Of a DNA stretch of 64,000 nt, positions 62,162 to 64,000 are shown piece by piece. The position numbers were made by a program, and so were the translations under genes. Positions within the stretch are counted from its first letter, which is position 1, and the number at the start of each line of letters is the position of its first letter. The notes beneath the pieces were generated by a model, which was not told the origin of the DNA, made no database searches, and was given only the letters and a program-made list of their open reading frames with translations. Location of the stretch: positions 211,640 to 275,639 of the forward strand of contig JAWXAQ010000002.1 of the NCBI GenBank assembly GCA_034439575.1. Direction: 5' to 3'. The stretch comes from Leptospira sp. GTDB taxonomy: Bacteria; Spirochaetota; Leptospiria; Leptospirales; Leptospiraceae.

Positions 62162-63835
62162 ATGAATTTTCTGAAATTATTCAGCACTCTCTTGATATTC
62201 TCAATTTTGCATTTAACAGTTCTTCCTATTTTATCTGTAGATAAGTATTATAATTTCCCGCAAGTCTCTGTGAAAGGTTCAGCTACTTTTGAGAAAAAAA
62301 GAAAGATTTGTCTTTTTCCGTTTCGCACAAACCAAAAAGAAGAAAAATTTGCCTATCTATCCAAAGGGATTCCTTCTGTTCTCATTTCAGAATTAAGAAA
62401 TCTAGAATTTATCTATGTGGAATACCCACATCCAGAAATTATTTATCATTCGTTAGGTCCTAAACCTGAAAAGTCTTTAGAAGAAATGATCGATTCAAAA
62501 ACAGAAACATTGAAACGAAAGAAAAAAGAAATTAAAAGTGAAGCAGAACTTGATGAACTTCGCAAGAGTAAAAGATTTCTTCCTCCGACACAAGATCCTC
62601 GTTATGTGAAAGTTGACATTAAACAAATTACAGAAATTAAACCCCCGTTCGCGGAAGATATTTACTCACTTGCGATGAAGTTTGATTGCAATTATTCTAT
62701 CACCGGTGATTTTTTTGCAACAGATACCAACATAAAAGTGAATGTTGAATTATTTGATGAATTTGAAGGAAAAATAGAAAAGTTTGTCCACGAAACAAGT
62801 TTTGTTCGTGGCTACCAAGAAATGGCTCCTCTTGGAGAAAAAATAAAATTCTTTTTACAAGGAAAAGAATCTACCTTAGTTCAAATTGAAACAATTGGTC
62901 TTGAAAATTCCTTAGTTTATTTGGATGGCATTTATCTGGGGAAAACACCCGTAACCAATAAAAAATTTCCCATCGGTAAACGAGAGTTATTTGTTTTTCA
63001 GGAAGGCTATGTTCCTTTTAAAAAAGAAATCGAATTAGAATCTGGAAAAACCTTTTCTCTTGATGTGAAGTTAAATAAAATTCAAAATACTTCTTTTATA
63101 TCTGTCAAAAGCGATATAGAAGAAGCAGATGTATTTTTGGGAGTGACCTATCTCGGGAAAACGCCACTCACAAAAGTATCTATACCGGCAGGGCTCAATC
63201 GACTCCGAATCTCTAAGCAAGGTTATGTGGATGTCTTTCGCGCCGTTGACGCCAAAGCGGAGGAAGTATCCGAATATGATGTGTTTATGAGAGAAGGAAA
63301 GTCTGAGATATATTATCCAAATAAACAATATGTGTTTTTGGATTATACTTATAAGGATTTTGCGACGTATTCACTTTATGGTTCACTTTTATTTTATGCG
63401 AGTTATTTTTACTTAAACCTTGCTTCCAGAAAAGCGATCGAAGATAGTAGGCCGCTCGTAACTTTAGTGAGTGGCCAAACAATCCTGACCTATTACAATG
63501 GAAACTCAGCCAATGATTTTGCCGCATGGTACTTATATCAAAATTCGGTCATTGAATCATCTGAATCCCGAGCAGATTATTATAAAACTATGGCAGGCAC
63601 TCTTCCTACAGAGAACAGGCGTGATCGTCAGTTAGTTGGCGGGCCTATGGTCATAGGAATGGGCGTGATGCTTGCGGCAGCCGTAACATTTCTTGTGTTA
63701 GGTCTCGATGATGAATCATTTGACATGGGTTATGCGCCGATGGCGCCTGGTGGATTTGCGGGCGCAATGGCATCGCAATCAGGGTCTTTGAAATCTGATT
63801 CTTACAGTTATTTTCAGTACAATACCCGATTTTAA
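62162..63835 (+). CDS. PEGA domain-containing exported protein
   Basis: Two PEGA repeats (VYLDGIYLGKTP; VFLGVTYLGKTP); signal peptide; C-terminal Phe. Confidence 0.85.
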   Translation: MNFLKLFSTLLIFSILHLTVLPILSVDKYYNFPQVSVKGSATFEKKRKICLFPFRTNQKEEKFAYLSKGIPSVLISELRNLEFIYVEYPHPEIIYHSLGPKPEKSLEEMIDSKTETLKRKKKEIKSEAELDELRKSKRFLPPTQDPRYVKVDIKQITEIKPPFAEDIYSLAMKFDCNYSITGDFFATDTNIKVNVELFDEFEGKIEKFVHETSFVRGYQEMAPLGEKIKFFLQGKESTLVQIETIGLENSLVYLDGIYLGKTPVTNKKFPIGKRELFVFQEGYVPFKKEIELESGKTFSLDVKLNKIQNTSFISVKSDIEEADVFLGVTYLGKTPLTKVSIPAGLNRLRISKQGYVDVFRAVDAKAEEVSEYDVFMREGKSEIYYPNKQYVFLDYTYKDFATYSLYGSLLFYASYFYLNLASRKAIEDSRPLVTLVSGQTILTYYNGNSANDFAAWYLYQNSVIESSESRADYYKTMAGTLPTENRRDRQLVGGPMVIGMGVMLAAAVTFLVLGLDDESFDMGYAPMAPGGFAGAMASQSGSLKSDSYSYFQYNTRF

Positions 63836-63905
63836 TTGGAAAATTTTTCCGAAAGTTTTGCACTTTTTTCATAATTAAGTTTGACTCTACGAGCAGATTC
63901 CATAC

Positions 63906-64000
63906 CTTGGTTTTTACCGAGTGCCCTACGCGGGTAACTTATGGAAGCATGGCGAGAGATCGTGATGCGTACTTGCTTGGAATAGAGCGAGTAGGTGCAA
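63906..64000 (+). ncRNA. Structured non-coding segment (leader or ncRNA), truncated by window end
   Basis: Four consecutive hairpins, one with a GAGA tetraloop, downstream of a TTGACT-N16-TACCTT promoter-like sequence. Confidence 0.35.

Noticed and set aside
63941-63985. 14-codon ORF MEAWREIVMRTCLE, or a tRNA-Ser-like 5' end (GGAAGCATGGC)
   Set aside because: No RBS for the ORF; D-loop and anticodon arm geometry do not fit a canonical tRNA.
1-64000. IS elements, integrases, prophage, rRNA operons
   Set aside because: No transposase, integrase or phage motifs, terminal inverted repeats or rRNA sequence recognised.

Overview
64 kb of AT-rich core chromosome from a Leptospira species, probably a saprophytic one. 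This is inferred from spirochaetal lipoprotein signals, a SecA lacking the C-terminal Zn motif, and typical leptospiral gene families. The window is densely coding. Housekeeping genes include gatB, dnaE, mtnA, msrA, lpdA, secA, cca, rnhA and a PTS IIA protein. Motility and signalling genes include a FapA-like protein, cheX, an MCP, motA, an HATPase-HDOD fusion, and degenerate HD-GYP and GGDEF proteins. There are several surface lipoproteins. I saw no rRNA, standard tRNA, CRISPR array, IS or prophage. The best candidate for a new system is a four-gene operon at 13110-17329: an ECF-like sigma factor with a coiled-coil insert, a soluble Cys-motif putative anti-sigma factor, a CHAT (caspase-like) protease with an intact His/Cys dyad, and a Cys-rich YkgJ-like protein. 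It suggests a CRISPR-independent caspase/sigma signalling module. Other points of note are tandem PhaR-like boxes before a phasin-like gene, a probable ATT start codon for a Maf/MptE gene, an RNA polymerase omega-like protein with an acidic tail, a sigma54 promoter plus palindrome before a porin, sigma28-like promoters, a reduced RnfC/RnfD pair, and a hairpin-rich non-coding segment at the right edge. All calls come from reading the sequence by eye; no database searches were run.
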